Positions 56,012 through 64,000 of a stretch of DNA of 64,000 nt are shown in pieces. Numbering within the stretch: position 1 is the stretch's first letter; every line of letters begins with the position of its first letter. Source of the DNA: a virus (lineage: Duplodnaviria; Caudoviricetes). Made by a program: the position numbers and the translations under genes. The DNA is taken from positions 32,001 through 96,000 of the IMG/VR virus record IMGVR_UViG_2912765049_000001, one strand, 5' to 3'. The notes beneath the pieces are model-generated. The model made no database searches, was not told the DNA's origin, and worked only from the letters and a program-made list of their open reading frames with translations.

Positions 56012-59000
56012 CGGTGCTGCACCCCGCCTCGCTGAGCGCGGCGCAGCTGGTAGCCGACGGCAGCGGCGATCTGCTGTTCGGTGGCGCCGGGACGGTCGAT
56101 CTGGATGGTCTGGTTGCCGATCAGCGGGGCGGCCTGCTGAACGACGATGACCTGCACGCGGCCGGCCGCGGCGTCCTGCAGGCCGGTGAGGGCGTAGCCG
56201 AAGCGCCCGGCGACGTCGCCCAGGACGGCGGTGGCGCGGCGGCGTTTGCCGAGGGCGAGCGGCACGTACGCCTCGCCCTGCGTGCTCGGTTCGGCGAAGC
56301 GGACCAGGCCGCCCGAGGTCGCGTAGATGCCCTCGCGGATGCCGCCGTCGGCGTAGGCGAGGCCCTTGTTGGCCTTGGTGAGGTCGGCGAGCAGGCGTGT
56401 CGCGCGGGAGCCGAGGGCCTTCTTGATCTGAGCGGTGGCCCTGGTGGCCACCGTGATGATCTCGTCCTCGTCGAGGCCGGTCGCGTCCGCGATGGCGTGG
56501 ATGCCGGTGGTCTTCGACTTCGTCGCCCCGATGATCTTCACGAGGGTGGCGAGCTGCTCGTCCGAGAGCGTCTTGCCCGCCGCCTTGGAGGCGTCGTTGG
56601 CGGCCTTCGCCTTCTTCGGGCTCTTGACCGCCTGGGCCGCGAGGTCCTCGGCGTCCTGGTCGCCCTGCTCGGCCAGGCGCGCGGCGAGGTCGCCATAGCC
56701 GGAGGCGGCCAGTTTGGCCAGGTTCTGCTGGAAGGCGGTCTGGTCCTTCACGGCGCTCTTGAGCTGCCCGGTGTAGTCGCCCAGGCTCGCCTTGGACGCC
56801 TCGGCGAGGGCTTTGAGCTCCTTGGTCATCTGGCGGACGTACTTGCCGGAGCCGGTGGCCATCTTCCGGGTCAGCGCGACGCCGTCCTCGCCCATCTCCT
56901 CGAGGGCCTTGGCGACGTCGGTGCCGGCGCGGGCGGCGACGGTGGACAGGTCGCGGCGCCAGCGGGACATCGCCTTGGAGGACGCCTTCAGCTTCTTGAG
57001 GAAGATGTCGAGGCTGAAGTTGCCCTTCTTGTTCTGGGACTCGCTCGCGATCGACGACAGCGTGGTGTACGAGGCCGGGGTGTAGGAGAAGTCCGACAGG
57101 CCGCCGTCGGCGTACCAGTCGATCCCGGACGGGTCTCCGCCCAGGCGGCGCACGACCTCCTCGGTGATCCGGCGGGAACGGGGCCGCTTGGAGTGGGCGA
57201 AGGGGACGTATGCCTCCCCGTGAGTCTCGTCCTCCCCCCACACCCGCCAGGAGCCGCCCTTGGCGATCTGCGCGACGTGGTTCTCCTTGCGCATGCCGCC
57301 GTCGGCGTAGAAGTCGACGATCCCGCCGTCGGCCTGCTTGCGGACGTTGTCGGCCTGCTTGCGCAGCGCGTCGGCGAGGCTGGACGGGTCGGCGCCGAGG
57401 TTCGAGAAGACCGACACGTGCTTGGTGGTGATGGTGATCGACTTGTCGCTGAGCCGGTCCCGGGCGCCCTGGACCGCGGCGATGTTGGACAGGGCGGTGC
57501 CGGTCTTGGCGGTGACCTCCACGCTGCCGTCGGGCAGCGTCCGGGTGGTGAAGCCGACCTTGTTCAGGGCGTCCATCGCCGTCTTGTTCAGCGTCTTGAC
57601 GGTGACGGACTTCGCGCCGGGGGTGGCCTTGATCTTGGCGATCACGGAGTCGAGGCCGCCGACGGCGACGGCGGTCTTCGCGTCGACCTTGACGTCCTTG
57701 CCCGCGGGGACCGACGACAGGGCGCTGACGAGCAGGCCCAGTTCGGCACGGGCGCCCTGCGTGGGAGCGGTGATCTTGTATTCGCGGGTGCCGGGGATGA
57801 GCTCGATCGCGTAGCCGAGGTCCTCCAGCTCCTTCTTGGCCTGCTCCCCCAGCGCGTCGACGGTGATCGTGCGCTTGTCGGGGACGCGCGCGAACTCGGC
57901 CTGCACGGCGAGGAGTTCGGCCAGCGTCTGGTCGACTCCCTTGGTCTGCAGGAGGATCGACACCTGGCCGGGGATCAGACCCATCTGGTCGGCGACCTGC
58001 TGGGCCTGGGCGCCGGTGACGCCGTACTGGGCCAGCAGGTCCAGGGCCGACTTGCGGGCCTTGTCCATCTCGGTGCGCGCGGCCTGCAGGGACTGCGGCA
58101 GGTCCTTGCCCTGCTTCTGCGCGAAGTCGAACGAGGCGATCGCGGAGGACGCTGCGGCGTCGGAGATGTTGTTGAGGCTGTTGAACAGCTGCTGCCCGTT
58201 GCGGCTGGTCGTGTTGAGGGTGCCGTTGAGGCCGACGAGCTTCTTGCCGTAGTCGCCGGACTTCTTGATCTGGTCGTCGACGGCCTCGCTGGCGTTGAGG
58301 ACGGCCTCGTTGAGCCGGGCCTGGGCCGCCTGCAGGCTCACCGACCCGCCGGACAGCAGGTCGAGGGCGTCCTTCAGGGCGCGGGTGCGCTGGTCGGCGT
58401 CGGCGGTGCGGTCGGCGAGCGCGCCGACGGCCACCTTGAGCTTGTCGTACGCGCTCAGCGCCCGGCCGGAAGGATTCTGCGCCTCCGCGAGCCGCTTGGC
58501 GTCCTTGACGCCCTGCTCCATCTCGCCGCGCATCGACTTCAGCGCGTCGGCCGCCTTCTTGTACCGCTCGCCGGTGTCGGTGTACTCGAGCTTGCTGGCC
58601 TTGCCGGCGGCGTAGTCGACGTACTCCTTGTTGGCCTCGGCCAGGTCGCGGTACTTCTTCTCCAGAGCGGCGAGGCTGGTGCCCTGTCCGAGGTAGGCGT
58701 CGGTGAGGGTCCGCATGGAGACGCCGGATTCCTCCAGGACGTCGACCAGCTTGGTCTTGCTGTCGTGCAGCTTGTAGTCGAGGAGGGTCTGGGCCGCGGC
58801 GGCCCGCACGTTCTCGTCGATGACGCCGCCGGAGTCGCGCAGCGCCCGGGTCAGGTCGGCAATGCGCTCCTGGTGCTCGGCGGCGGCCTGGGCGGCCTTC
58901 TGCTGCTGGGCGGCGAGCAGTCCGAGGCCGACGGTGACGCCGGCGAGCGCCAGGCCCCAGGGCCCGCCCATCGCGCCCATCAGCCCGGTCATCGCGCCAC

Positions 59001-61206
59001 GCAGGCCGGTGCCCGCGGCCCGGGTGATGCCGTTGAGGGTGCCGGTGAACCCCGACCCGGCGGAGGAGGCGGTCCGGAAGGAGGACGCCATCTGCCCGAT
59101 GATCGGAACCCGGGTCTGCAGCACGGCGAACGCGGCGCCGTACCGGGTGATGGACTGGCCGGAGGCGGTCGCGAGGCTGCGCTGCACGGCCATCTGGGAG
59201 TTGAGGCTGCTGACCGCGCCCGTGACCCGGCCGCTGATGGTGCTGGCGAGGCCGGACATGATCGGGCCGACCCGGCGGTACAGCAGCAGCCCGAACAGCG
59301 CCGTCTGCACGGGCCCCGGGAGTGCGCCGAAGACGGAGACGAGTCCGCCGACGACCTGCCCGATGGGGACCAGGACCGTGGAGAGGGCCTCCACGGCGGC
59401 GGCTGCCGCGTCCAGGACGAGGACGATGACGTCGAGGGAGTTGGCCGCGCCGTCCGTGTCGCTGCCCAGGTCGGCCAGGGCCTCCCCGATCGGGGTGACG
59501 CCCTGGGCGAGGTTGTCCAGCACCGTCATCAGGGCCTGCCCGGCGCTGATGAGGACGTGCAGGCCGTCGGCGAGAGCGGTCTCCCCCAGTTCCTTCAGCG
59601 GCTCGAGGAGGCCCTTGGCCTCGTCGACCAGGCCGCCGAGCCCTTCGCGGGCCTGCGCGGCCAGGTCGGGCCCGAACAGGGTGGTCAGGTCCCGGGCGTA
59701 GCCGATGGCGCCCGTGATGTACGGCGTGGCGGAGGCCAGTCCGGAGGTGAGTCCGCGGGTGAGCCACTCCAGGCCCGGGGCGAGTCCCTCGTAGATCTCC
59801 AGGCCGGTCTGGCGGGTCTGCTTCTTCAGCAGCACCATGGCGCCGGCCAGGCCCTGGTTCTTCGCCGCGGCGATCGTCGCCGCGGCGCCGTTCTCGTTGA
59901 CGGCCTGGTTGAGGGAGTCGAAGGAGACGACGCCCTGGTGGGCGAGCGCGATCGCGCCGGAGAGGGCGGGCTTGCCGAACGCCTTTGCCGCGGCAGCGGT
60001 GAAGTCCTGCTGCGACATCTCGTGCTGAGCGTGGCTCAGCTTGTCGATGACGTAGCGCAGGCCCTTGAAGCGGCCCTCGGTGTCCCACGCCTCGATGCCC
60101 ATCTCGCGCAGACCCTCGGTCATTTTCTTCGTGGGGTTCGCGAGATTGGTGAAAATACCCCGGAGGGTTGTTCCTGCGGTTTGGCCGAGAATACCGGCCT
60201 TGCCGAGCATGCCGACCGCTGCGGCGGCCTCTTCCATGGAAACGCCCAGGCCATGGGCTACCGGCCCGGCGTATTTCATCGAATAGTAGATATCGATGAT
60301 GTCGCCGGATGCGGCATTTGCTGTTGCCGCGAGAATGTCCGCCGCACGGCCCGCCTGATCGGCGCCCAGGGCGAATTGGTCCATCATGTCGCCGAGATAT
60401 TTGGCGGAATCTGCGGCGTTGACGTTCGCGGCGGCCGACAGTTGCAGCGACGCCCGGGTGGCGCTGATGGCCTGGTCGGTGCGGAAGCCCGCCTTGGCCA
60501 GTTCCACCATCGCCTCGGCGGCGCCGCCGGCGGTGGCGGTGGGCAGCTCCATGTCGGCGCCCAGGGCCTTGGCGGTGGACGAGGCGCGCTGCATCTGCGA
60601 TGCCGTGGCGCCGGTGACCGCCCCGAAGGTGGCCATCCCGCGCTGGTACTCGTTGCCGTTCTCGATCAGTTCGTGCAGACCGAGGACCAGTCCTCCCCCG
60701 GCCAACAGCCCGGTCAGCCCGGCCAGTTCGGAGCGCAGACGGCGGGTGGCGGACTCCGTGTCGTGCAGGGAGCGGGTGCCGCGGCGGCCGATGCCCGCGA
60801 GGCGGCCGTCGGCGTTGCGGGCCGCCCGGGCCAGGGATGCCAGGTCGGTGGTGGCGGTGCGGAGCTGGCGGGACATGGCCCGCAGGTCGGTGGCCGCGGA
60901 GCGGGAGGCGCGGGCGCTGGAGCGCTGGGCGCTGGCGGCCCGGTTGGCGTCGCTGCCCAGGCGGCGCAGGTCCCGGCCTGCCGAGGAGGCGCCGGTGCGC
61001 AGGGTGCGCAGCGGGGTGGCGGCGCCGCGCAGGCCGGTGGCCAGCGTGCGCAGCGAGCGGTCGCCCGCGCCAAGGCGGCCCACCTCCCGGCGGACGGCGG
61101 CCAGTTCGCGGGAGAGGTCGCGGGCCTCGCGGCGGGAGCGGTTGAGGGTGCGCACGAGCCCGTCGCCGTTGCCCGTCAGGGCAACAGAGAGGCTCCACGC
61201 GACCAC
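56008..61206 (-). CDS. Tape measure protein (TP901-type core)
   Basis: 1732 aa, Ala-rich helical; ELAKAG, KYAGPVA, AGTTLR; C-terminal ADGG repeats. Confidence 0.95.
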   Translation of the reverse strand: MVAWSLSVALTGNGDGLVRTLNRSRREARDLSRELAAVRREVGRLGAGDRSLRTLATGLRGAATPLRTLRTGASSAGRDLRRLGSDANRAASAQRSSARASRSAATDLRAMSRQLRTATTDLASLARAARNADGRLAGIGRRGTRSLHDTESATRRLRSELAGLTGLLAGGGLVLGLHELIENGNEYQRGMATFGAVTGATASQMQRASSTAKALGADMELPTATAGGAAEAMVELAKAGFRTDQAISATRASLQLSAAANVNAADSAKYLGDMMDQFALGADQAGRAADILAATANAASGDIIDIYYSMKYAGPVAHGLGVSMEEAAAAVGMLGKAGILGQTAGTTLRGIFTNLANPTKKMTEGLREMGIEAWDTEGRFKGLRYVIDKLSHAQHEMSQQDFTAAAAKAFGKPALSGAIALAHQGVVSFDSLNQAVNENGAAATIAAAKNQGLAGAMVLLKKQTRQTGLEIYEGLAPGLEWLTRGLTSGLASATPYITGAIGYARDLTTLFGPDLAAQAREGLGGLVDEAKGLLEPLKELGETALADGLHVLISAGQALMTVLDNLAQGVTPIGEALADLGSDTDGAANSLDVIVLVLDAAAAAVEALSTVLVPIGQVVGGLVSVFGALPGPVQTALFGLLLYRRVGPIMSGLASTISGRVTGAVSSLNSQMAVQRSLATASGQSITRYGAAFAVLQTRVPIIGQMASSFRTASSAGSGFTGTLNGITRAAGTGLRGAMTGLMGAMGGPWGLALAGVTVGLGLLAAQQQKAAQAAAEHQERIADLTRALRDSGGVIDENVRAAAAQTLLDYKLHDSKTKLVDVLEESGVSMRTLTDAYLGQGTSLAALEKKYRDLAEANKEYVDYAAGKASKLEYTDTGERYKKAADALKSMRGEMEQGVKDAKRLAEAQNPSGRALSAYDKLKVAVGALADRTADADQRTRALKDALDLLSGGSVSLQAAQARLNEAVLNASEAVDDQIKKSGDYGKKLVGLNGTLNTTSRNGQQLFNSLNNISDAAASSAIASFDFAQKQGKDLPQSLQAARTEMDKARKSALDLLAQYGVTGAQAQQVADQMGLIPGQVSILLQTKGVDQTLAELLAVQAEFARVPDKRTITVDALGEQAKKELEDLGYAIELIPGTREYKITAPTQGARAELGLLVSALSSVPAGKDVKVDAKTAVAVGGLDSVIAKIKATPGAKSVTVKTLNKTAMDALNKVGFTTRTLPDGSVEVTAKTGTALSNIAAVQGARDRLSDKSITITTKHVSVFSNLGADPSSLADALRKQADNVRKQADGGIVDFYADGGMRKENHVAQIAKGGSWRVWGEDETHGEAYVPFAHSKRPRSRRITEEVVRRLGGDPSGIDWYADGGLSDFSYTPASYTTLSSIASESQNKKGNFSLDIFLKKLKASSKAMSRWRRDLSTVAARAGTDVAKALEEMGEDGVALTRKMATGSGKYVRQMTKELKALAEASKASLGDYTGQLKSAVKDQTAFQQNLAKLAASGYGDLAARLAEQGDQDAEDLAAQAVKSPKKAKAANDASKAAGKTLSDEQLATLVKIIGATKSKTTGIHAIADATGLDEDEIITVATRATAQIKKALGSRATRLLADLTKANKGLAYADGGIREGIYATSGGLVRFAEPSTQGEAYVPLALGKRRRATAVLGDVAGRFGYALTGLQDAAAGRVQVIVVQQAAPLIGNQTIQIDRPGATEQQIAAAVGYQLRRAQRGGVQHR

Positions 61207-61227
61207 CGCCGCTCTCCTTTCCGCTCG

Positions 61228-61606
61228 CTAGAGGCGGTGATCCCGGCGGGTGTGCGCCCGGGTGCGCTGTTCGTGCAGTGCTCGGGGGATGAGGCCGACC
61301 TTCACGCCGTAGCCGTGCTGGCCGTCGGGGACGTGATCGCGTTCGTGGGCGATCAGCTCGCAGCCGGGGCAGCGGGAGGTGGTGCCGACGTACGCGAAGC
61401 GGTCGCCGCCGGCGTCCTCGTCCCACTCGTCGTGCCGGGTGCCGCAGTCGGGGCAGGTGAGCCGCTGCAGCTCCCGGTAGGCGAGGGCCTTGGCCCGGTC
61501 GACCGGCGTCCAGGTGCCGTCACCGCCGAGGAAGGCGCTGTGCGGGATCCCCCAGCGGTCGCACAGCTCCAGCTCGGCCCTCAGCTGCGGGTCGGCCCGG
61601 AGCCTT
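61228..61606 (-). CDS. Tail assembly chaperone, -1 frameshift extension (gpGT-like)
   Basis: Open -1 frame after slippery site: RLRADPQLRAELELC...CPDCG...CPGC to TAG 61228; missing from ORF track. Confidence 0.8.
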
Positions 61607-62150
61607 TTCCCCAGTCGCTGCGCTTGGTGTTCTGCGCGGCGAGCGCGGCCTGGAAGAGTTCGACACGGTCGGCCATGCCCCAGGAGGCGAGCAGATCGGT
61701 GGCCTCGTCCTCGCTCATGCCGTCCACGCTGGCGGCGGAGATGAGGGCGGCGGGGAAGGTGTCCTCGTTCCAGTCGGAGCCGGACTCGGCCTGTTCCTCC
61801 GTCGGCGGGTGCTCCTTGACCAGCTCGGCGAAGGCGTCACCGGGCAGGGCGCGGAAGGTGAGGACCTCGCAGTCGGCCTCGTACGCGGCGCGGGCCTCCT
61901 CGAGGGCGGCCTCGGCCGCCTTCGCCTCCTTGGCCAGGGCGTCGTTGCCCGGGTCGGCGTCGACGAGCTGGCGGAGGTTCTTCGCCTGCCGCAGGGCTTC
62001 CTCGAAGCGGTCGCGCAGGCCCTGGTCCTGCCACAGGTACAGGGGGACTTCGGCGGCCTTGCGGGCCCGCAGCCGGGCCATCTTCGCGGACCAGTGGGCA
62101 TCGGCGGCCACGGCGGCGGCCGGCGGCTCGGTGTGGACGGCGGCGCTCAC
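61581..62150 (-). CDS. Tail assembly chaperone (gpG-like)
   Basis: Between major tail and tape measure; G GGA AAA slippery site at 61605-61611. Confidence 0.85.
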   Translation of the reverse strand: MSAAVHTEPPAAAVAADAHWSAKMARLRARKAAEVPLYLWQDQGLRDRFEEALRQAKNLRQLVDADPGNDALAKEAKAAEAALEEARAAYEADCEVLTFRALPGDAFAELVKEHPPTEEQAESGSDWNEDTFPAALISAASVDGMSEDEATDLLASWGMADRVELFQAALAAQNTKRSDWGKGSGPTRS

Positions 62151-62686
62151 GACGTCAGCTCCTTCTTCGTGCTGTTGGTCGCGGTGTTGCCGACGGCCGG
62201 GACGGCCAGGCCCTGGGCCGGGCGGCGGGTGATGGTGAACTTCGTCTCGAACTTCGCCGCTTCGTTGTCGGTGGTGAAGGCGGGCGACTGGGAGCCGACG
62301 CGGACCGGGAACACGTCCATCGACTTCGAGTTAGGGACGTCGCCCTTGCGGAGGATGACGACGTAGCCGATGGTCCCCTTCTTCAGGAGCTGCTCGATCT
62401 CGTCGCTGACCTTGTCCTCGTAGAAGGTGAACGAGGAGTCCTCGGCCTTGTCGGATCCGGGGATGGAGGAATCGAAGTCGTCGCCCATGTCGGGCGTCTC
62501 GATGCTCTGGTTCTCCAGCGTGAAGCCGGAGATGTTGGCGATCGCCGCGGACAGGTTGGTGCTGCCGTCGAGTTCGGCGCGGGTCGGCTTGAGGTTCGCC
62601 GCGTCGGCGATGGTCGGCAGCCACAGGAAGATGGAGACGCCACGGCGGCTGTACTTCTCAACCGTCTTGGCGGTGGGCAGTGCCAT
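62147..62686 (-). CDS. Major tail (tube) protein
   Basis: PTRAEL, IETPD, IPG motifs; synteny. Confidence 0.85.
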   Translation of the reverse strand: MALPTAKTVEKYSRRGVSIFLWLPTIADAANLKPTRAELDGSTNLSAAIANISGFTLENQSIETPDMGDDFDSSIPGSDKAEDSSFTFYEDKVSDEIEQLLKKGTIGYVVILRKGDVPNSKSMDVFPVRVGSQSPAFTTDNEAAKFETKFTITRRPAQGLAVPAVGNTATNSTKKELTS

Positions 62687-62787
62687 GGGATGGGCCCCTC
62701 GGGTCTGCGCGTCAGTGCAGGTCGGTCACCAGGTGCTGGTGCCGTGTCCGCGAAAGGGGCCGCCGCGGTGCGGGGTGGCGAGCCGGG

Positions 62788-63222
62788 CTAGCCGGTCGCC
62801 GGGGTCCAGCGGAGCTGGAATCTGATCACATAAGAAACGATAACGGCGGCCGGGTCGTCCTCCGGGCCAGCGTCTAGAGCCAGTTCGCGGGCGTAGCAGC
62901 TGAAGCCCGGCACCGTGAGGGCGTGCAGCCAGGCCCCGTCGGTGTCGCGTCCGAGGACGGCGGTGCGGACGCGGTCGGCGAGCCATTCCGCCTGGGCGTG
63001 GGTGCGGGCCACGCAGTCGACCTGGTAGTAGGTGTCGCTGTCCTCATGCCGGTCGGTGAACGGGGCCCCGTCCAGGGTGAGGGTGAGGGAGCGCAGTACG
63101 GAGTACGGCGGCTCGGCCGGCTTGCCGTCGACCTGGGGCAGCGCCCCGGCGCCGCACGGCTTGCCGGTCGCGGTAGCGAGCAGTGCCCCCAGTGCCTGGG
63201 ATACGAGGCGGCGTTCGATCAT
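62788..63222 (-). CDS. Tail terminator-like protein
   Basis: PPYSVL...YQVDCVA...AEWLADRVR; synteny. Confidence 0.75.
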   Translation of the reverse strand: MIERRLVSQALGALLATATGKPCGAGALPQVDGKPAEPPYSVLRSLTLTLDGAPFTDRHEDSDTYYQVDCVARTHAQAEWLADRVRTAVLGRDTDGAWLHALTVPGFSCYARELALDAGPEDDPAAVIVSYVIRFQLRWTPATG

Positions 63223-63626
63223 TCGAAGGCCCCCATCGCGGCGGTGGCGATCCGTTCGGCGAAGCGGGGCTGGATCAGGGCGAGCGCCGGGGTGACGTGC
63301 GGGAAGGGCGGCTGGGCGTAGATCCGGCCGAGGGAGTCGGCGCCGTAGAAGCCGAGTTCCAGGCGGCGGGCCTGGGGGGCGAAGGTGCCCACCGTGGCGG
63401 TGGCGCCGTGTCGGCGGGGGCGGACCTGGACCTGCCAACTGGCCCGGTAGCGGCCGGTGATGACGTTCGGGCCGGGCCGTCCGCTGGCGGCGGCCTGGAT
63501 GAGGGCCTGCAAGACCATGGCCTCGTGGCCGACGGCGCGCGCGGTGGCCGGTCCGACCCGGGCGGCGGCCTGGGCCATGGCGGCGGCGAGCTGGTCGGGG
63601 TCGGTGAAGCGCCGGGCGGGGCTCAT
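63219..63626 (-). CDS. HK97 gp10-like neck protein
   Basis: PNVITGRYRASW...RLELG...PFPHV. Confidence 0.75.
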   Translation of the reverse strand: MSPARRFTDPDQLAAAMAQAAARVGPATARAVGHEAMVLQALIQAAASGRPGPNVITGRYRASWQVQVRPRRHGATATVGTFAPQARRLELGFYGADSLGRIYAQPPFPHVTPALALIQPRFAERIATAAMGAFE

Positions 63627-64000
63627 GGGCTGGCCCCTCGCGGGTTGTTCTCGTCCAGCCAGGTCACGCGGACGGCGATGACGGTGGCGGCCAGGCCCGG
63701 CTGGGCGCAGCGCCAGGTCCGTCCGACCAGCGCCGGGTCCTGGGCGGCGCGCAGCACACGGACGGTGTCGTCGCGGGCGGCGACCGGGGCGTCGACGGGG
63801 GTCAGCAGCCGGTAGGTGGTCTTGGGGTCGTCCGGGTAGGGCTGGCCGGCGACGGGCACGGTGATGCCGGGGGCGGCGGTGTCGTCGAGGACGGCGCCGG
63901 GACCCTCGTACACCACGTGCGGAGGCGGGGCCTCGAGGTCGCCGGTGTCCGGGTTGAGGATGGGGGGCCCGGCCGGGCGGCTGATCTGGATGGTGTCGCC
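63623..64000 (-). CDS. Head-tail joining protein (DUF6093-like), 5' end beyond window
   Basis: DTIQISRP...NPDTG...VYEGPGAV; synteny. Confidence 0.7.
   Translation of the reverse strand, partial: GDTIQISRPAGPPILNPDTGDLEAPPPHVVYEGPGAVLDDTAAPGITVPVAGQPYPDDPKTTYRLLTPVDAPVAARDDTVRVLRAAQDPALVGRTWRCAQPGLAATVIAVRVTWLDENNPRGASP

Noticed and set aside
55115-61426. 2103-aa minus-strand ORF
   Set aside because: Only the last ~298 aa (Dit) are real; the rest is an off-frame Arg/Pro/Gly-rich overlap with the tape measure gene
56014-62232. 2072-aa plus-strand ORF, plus similar 42832-46188 and 50600-53086 ORFs
   Set aside because: Antisense shadows of real high-GC genes; no motifs and wrong codon bias
1-64000. 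CRISPR array, rRNA, linear-plasmid telomere, reverse transcriptase/DGR
   Set aside because: No repeat-spacer periodicity, rRNA signature, terminal palindrome set or RT motif was noticed by eye

Overview
High-GC, Streptomyces-type DNA with no recognisable host housekeeping genes. It reads as a 64-kb slice of a large temperate siphovirus-like phage-plasmid. Left to right: (1) a leftward replication/regulatory arm (Rep-like initiator cut by the window edge, WhiB, orphan C5 DNA methyltransferase, degenerate Sak4-like ATPase, tandem RHH protein); (2) a rightward arm of coupled hypothetical genes ending in a DEDDh exonuclease, a T-arm-containing structured RNA and a tRNA-fMet; (3) a Cre-like recombinase and small plasmid-type genes; (4) a defence-like patch (AbiV, HEPN, catalytically dead recombinase, 2H phosphoesterase); (5) a five-gene enzyme operon (class III aminotransferase, atypical sirtuin-fold protein, UDP-glucose-type dehydrogenase, GNAT, RmlD-like reductase) divergent from a frameshifted XRE regulator and a GntR gene; (6) a lysis/hydrolase cassette including a CBM4-GH6 cellulase split by a 4.3-kb IS5-family transposon carrying an MFS pump; (7) a tail module with a G-GGA-AAA chaperone frameshift. 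Best candidate for an undescribed system: the enzyme operon, which shares a near-identical 38-bp promoter/operator with the main divergent switch at 7.25 kb and has TTA (bldA) codons. All family assignments are from motif recognition by eye; no database search was run.
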